From Mytilus californianus (Eukaryota): a stretch of 64,000 bases of DNA. Position 1 is the stretch's first letter. The number at the start of each line of letters is the position of its first letter. The stretch covers positions 2,542,001 through 2,606,000 of the forward strand of contig NW_026262701.1 in the NCBI RefSeq assembly GCF_021869535.1, in the 5' to 3' direction. Both the position numbers and the translations under genes were made by a program. Under the pieces are notes generated by a model. The model saw nothing but the letters and a program-made list of their open reading frames with translations. It was not told where the DNA came from and searched no databases. Below are positions 55,501 through 61,500 of the stretch, piece by piece.

Positions 55501-58500
55501 TCCTGGTTTGTGAAAATATTGTCGGTTAACAGTGTTTTAAATTTTTTGTTTTATGATTTACACATTCAAATTCAATGGGAAATATAAATTTAAAAATCTA
55601 GATAAATTGGTACCCCACATATAATCCAGTCAAATTTATAAGTTTTTAGCTTCATGATGGAATTGAGTTATAGGTTACTTTTACTTCATGAAATTGTGAA
55701 ACTATCAAAGAATTTTGAAAGTTTTATTTTTTATTGGGAGAAAATCTTTGAATTGCAAATTTTAGGAAGAGAATGGGAAATAAGGTGTATGAAAATCCAA
55801 TTTCAAGTGGTCCAAAGTCCAAAGACACTGGGAATAATTATAACATCAAACAATAGACCAAATAGATAATGTCGCCTATTCTCATGGTGAAGGCCCTAAT
55901 GTCACCTATTATCATGGTAAAGGCCCTAATGTCACCTATTCTCATGGTAAAGACCCTAATGTCACCTATTCTCATGGTAAAGACGGTAAAGACCCTAATG
56001 TCACCCATTCTCATGGTAAAGACCCTCATGTCACCTATTGTCATGGTAAAGACCCCAATGTCACCTATTATCATGGTAAAGACCCTGATATCACCTATTG
56101 TCATGGTAAAGACCCTAATGTCACCTATTCTCATTGTAAAGACCCTTTTTAGATTATAAAAAGTGATGTTTCACTGCTATGTAATTATATATGTAATTTA
56201 TTGACATGTTTTTCAGAGTCGTGTATGTACAAAGGTGTATCCTATAAGAAGGGAGATAAATGGGAAGATGGATGTCAGTACAAATGTGAATGTATGGATG
56301 ATATGACTGGCAGCTATCAATGCAAAGAAAGGTAACATTTCTGTCTAGTTATAGTCCACACCGTATTTAGTTACTTCCACGTTAATGATGTGCAGTTTGA
56401 ATAGAATTGACGAATCCTTTCTATAATATGATCATACATTGTGCAGACATTTTATTTTTAAATAGTTTGAAATTATAGTCATTTCAAAATATTTTGTTTT
56501 TTATACCCCAGCCTTAAAAAAGTGGGGGTATACTGTTTTACCTCAGTCTGTCCTTCTGTCCATCCATCCCTCCGTCAGTCCGTCCATCCGTCCCATGAAT
56601 ATTTTTCATCGCATTTTTCTCAGAAACTACAATACAAGGATTTCTGAAATTTGGTTTCAGGGTTTATATAAGTTGGCTATACCGTATGATGCATTTTTAG
56701 ATTCATCACTCAACAACTTCCTGAATGAAATATTTGGGTGGTGGTATCATCAGTGAGCAGTAGCTTGCAGTTTCACTTGTTTTTAGTGTGTATGTTTGTT
56801 TTATTTTATGGGATGGAGCTATAGGTTGGGTATAATAAATGTTTTGTGTGTTAAGGCTAGTTCTCTATATGAATAAAGGATATATTACCTCAGAATTGTA
56901 CATAGACACTGATACAACCTTCTGGGGTTTCACAGCGAATGACAAGTTTTTGGCCTCTTGTACTTTCAACATCACCCTTTAAATGGCTTTTGATTAAAAA
57001 AAGAATAAAACACATAAAAAGTCTGTAATGTAAAAACAGTCCTAAGAATAAGATAAAACACATAATTTCCTCCTTTAGGTGAAAAGTCTTACAAATGAAC
57101 TAGCCATTCCTCTCTCAAAATTTGCATATTTTATTAAAGATATAGACCGATTGTTGTTTGCTTTCTTACAAACTTATATGGCAGTAGATACACAATCTAC
57201 CTTAACCCCATATTTGTTAATATTTTATATATAAAAATAAGTAGATGTATGATTGCCAATGAGACATTAACTATCCACTAGAGACCAAATGACTAGGATT
57301 TTAACAACTATAACCAATATTTGACATGCCTTGATAGATTAGTAACACCTGAAGTTGATATAATCAAATCAATGAATATTATCCATAAATGTCCTTTTAA
57401 TGACATTTAGTGTAAAGGGTGTCGGGCTTTTAAAATTGTAAAAGGAACAACAGCACAAAATGCTTAATGAACATCTCATTAATTTTATATTTAAAGTATT
57501 AATATAAACAGTACCATTTTTACTTCACCAGATGCATATTTAGTCAATGTCTCTTCAGTGATGTTGAGTCAATAAAGAGTCATGACAGTTGTATACGCTG
57601 TTCAATAGTCATAATTCGATTAAGCAAAAACATTGGATAATCCAAAACCTAATTCAAGCATTGAAAAGTCAACGAGTGATTTTAAATATGCAATAATATT
57701 ATTTGAAAGATATTGATTCCTTTGAAAAATAAGTTGTTAGTTAACTGTTAGAAATAAAAGACAAATTTGACTGTAAAGTCAGTCTTCAAAAGTGAAAGAA
57801 TTGGTACACATGTATTGTGAAATTAAAAGGCCTATTTATCAAAAACATCAGAAAATCTATATAGTTTTGTTTTATATTAATGTGCCACCTATTTGTTAGT
57901 ATGAATGTGATTTTGAATCTGCATGTACTTTAAATAGAACAAATCAGCATTTAATTCAATAGTCAATTTAAGTAATTCACCACAATGATACATGCATTCT
58001 GTATTACAGGTGTCCAACCTACACAGATATACCAGCCAGCTGTCGACTCACCATTGATCCTAAAGATTCATGTTGTATGGTTCCTTCCTGTGCACAGCCC
58101 ACACCAACACCTGCACCATATTTAGGTCCTAGTACACAAATACCTCCCGTTACAGGTGAGTACTCAGCCATGCTGGACTGACATTAACACTTGCACCATA
58201 TCTAGGTCCTACTACGCAAATACCTCTGATACTGAGCCAACACTGATATATACCTAGGTCTCATTACCCTAATATCTATCTTGACAATTGAGCCACTAGA
58301 TATCTCAAGTTGTAGTTGATTACATACCTACATTGAGCTGTCACCACTTTAAATTTGCACAATATCAAGGTCCTAAGTACTCTGATACCTCTCTATAGAT
58401 TACTCAGCTGCATAAAAAGTTGCAACATATATATATTTTTTTTTTCTAAGCACTTTATATATATATATACAGATATTACTTTTTGAATTATTTCTAGTTG

Positions 58501-61500
58501 TGAATAATAAGAAAATACAAGTTTTAAATTCAACATGGAAAACACAATAGGTGATAACATACTGTGGATTCATTATTATTCGTTGGATACCAATTTTCGT
58601 TGGTTTCGTGGGTACAGGTGAACCACGAAATCAAATGTTCAACGAATATCATATTTTCAATACGCTTTGTATACAGAGATTGGCAATCCACAGTAGATGC
58701 TAACGGTAATTGTGAAGAATTTTGGATCAAAGTTATTGTTTTGATTAACTGTCTACTTGTTACATATTTTCGTTCATTACCCATTCGGAACAAGTCACTG
58801 TTAAGACATCATTTTGAAGCTTCATTTTTGTTATAACTTTGTAACAATATGCACTTGAGTCATTCAAATTATTAATTTCTTCTGGTTTCTCGGGGACTAT
58901 CTATAGTAAAAAGTGATCTATTCATCTCTTATTTAATTCCTAATAATGAATGAACACACAAGTCTTACAATGTCTGATGAAACAATTTAATTTCTGCAGT
59001 ATGGAAAGAAAACTTTGACAATGAAATTGGAAACCAGAACTTTATGCTTTTTGCAAATATTGTAAACAAGACTTCAATTCAGTGTGATGGTTGGTGTTCC
59101 GGTCCTCAGGTGCTCATCAACTTTGAATGGTAGTCTTCATAAACAAAGGAAGTCATTGATTTGTAACTGTGTGCATAGTTGTTAGTATGATTTTTATAAA
59201 ATTTTATGAAAAAAAATATTATTACTGAAAAAAATCTCAAATTACGGAAATCTTGATACTTTTTAACTGATTGCAGGAGGTTGGCATCTAACAGTATTTT
59301 GATTTTACACTTGTAGCCAAACCTGACATCAATGCTTGTTTATACAAGGGTAATGTGTACACCCAGGGACAGAAATGGTACGATGACTGTGACAAAGTAT
59401 GTGTATGTCAAGATGCCAAAATGGGATTTTATAGCTGTCAAGACAGGTAAAATTTTATGTTTTTTTTTTTTTTTTATGTTTTAAAAACTAAAATCTGTAT
59501 TGTAGCAATTTACTGTGTGTCCAAATAATGAATCTCTAAAAACATTTGAGGTTATTCGAATGTACATCATATATATGGTAAGTAAAATTATCATCCTTTA
59601 CCACAGACAAAAAACAACTGATCTGCAAGATTTACCATCACTTGCCGCTATACATCATGTACTGTGTTACAACCTTAGATAAAGCCGACAAAGAAAGGCA
59701 TTACTTGACTAATGAAAGCTATATTTTTATATAGCCTAGTTGGTCTAGTGGTCTATGGAATGAACATAGTGCAAGCGGTGTTGCCACGATGTGTCCGATG
59801 CAGTGATTTGAATCCCTCTGAGGATGACTGCCAATGAGACAAATTTCCAACAGAGACCAACCAACATAACTATTGTTCCATATAGTTTTTCAAAAAGGTC
59901 AAAAACCACACCATATAGCAAGCAATAAAAGACCCTGACATGGAAAATGTAAAACAATTTGAACCTTCACTTGACAAAAATTCATCTGGACTTTACAAAA
60001 AGCGCTGTATAGCTAGCTTTTATTAAGTTATGGATACATTTAGCAAGGACTATTTAATATATGCAATTGAAAGATGTATACAGAGATGATCACATATAAG
60101 GTTCGTAACATGGGGCATCCAAATCAAAATGGTGAGCTGTAACTTGTATTTTATGCTCCTGTTGCTAAGCAAAGGGGGCATTAAGTGTTACCCTTGACAG
60201 TGGGATTTGGGCAGTTAGTAACTTACCGTTCAAGAGTTATCTTGCTCCTTTATAACTTGCAAAATTACAATTTTTCCTTATCCAAATTTTATGAAACTCA
60301 CACAATGCTTAGAACCAAAACTTGCAGACAGAATTGGAACTTGGTAGTGAGTTATCTTGTTAAGTACTTTTTTCAAGAAATTATTAACTCACAAATTTTT
60401 AAAGTTTTTTAAAAAGAACAAACAAAAACAGGCAGCCTTGACCTTAGATAGCATTTACATTTAAATGTCACTTTTGTCGGCCTCAAATATGAGAAAACAG
60501 TACTTATCTTGTTTATATATATTTCAGATGTGCCAAGTACTCTAACCTAGGCCCTAACTGTGTGATGGTACCTGATAGTAGAGACCCACAATGTTGCCAA
60601 GCTCCTGACTGCAACAACAAAAATACAACAAATATCCAAGGTGTACAGGGAACCATAACTGGTACTGGTACTCTGCCTCCACCCACTGTTGTGCCTGGTA
60701 AACCAACAATAGCTCCAAAGGGTAAGTCTATTGTATAAAGGCAACCCTGTACTGATACAATGTTTCATTTAAATATTGTAGCTGAAAAGGGGAGGTCATT
60801 ATCAAAGGTCCGGTTACTTGTATTTTAATTTTCATTAATGATGCTTTTCTACCTAGTAAACAATTTGAAGCTTAACATTAAATATGATACTAAGAAAATG
60901 TGGTATGATTGTCAATGAGACAACTTTCCACTAGATACCAAATGACACAAATTAACAACTATGGGTCATTGTATGGCCTTCAACAATGAGCAAAATCCAT
61001 ACCACATAGTCAGTTTGAAACAGCACCGAAATGACAAATGTCAAATAATTCAAATGAGAAAACTAACAACCTGCTTAATTTACAAAACAATGAGTGAAAA
61101 AGAAATATGAAATACAGCAACAAACAACAACCAATGAATTATAGGCTCTTGACTAGGGGCAGGTACATGCAGAATGGAGTGGGGTTAAACATGATACAGT
61201 TCTCTTTCATGACAGGACTGTAGCTTTTGTTTTGATAACCACAATTTATAAAGAATTAGAACCATCCTACTTTGTGTATAAGTCTATTTGTAACACATAA
61301 TCATGATAATATTTCAATTCAGAATTCACCACAACATTCATGTTATATAGTTTGTATAAGAATTCATTATTATTTTGGTTAGTTTATTCTATATTTGACA
61401 CCTAAAGTCAATTTCAACATTTCAGTCGATATTTGTGGTGATATATCCCTAATATTTGACTGTTGTTGTCAACTTTTATAAAATTCTATGTCAGGTTACC

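Noticed and set aside
55838-56159. ORFs MRIGDIRVFT... and MSPILMVKAL...
   Set aside because: Translations of the 30-bp minisatellite.
59733-59822. tRNA-like A box (TGGTCTAGTGG) and B-box-like motif
   Set aside because: Spacing is too long and there is no cloverleaf; probably a decayed SINE head.
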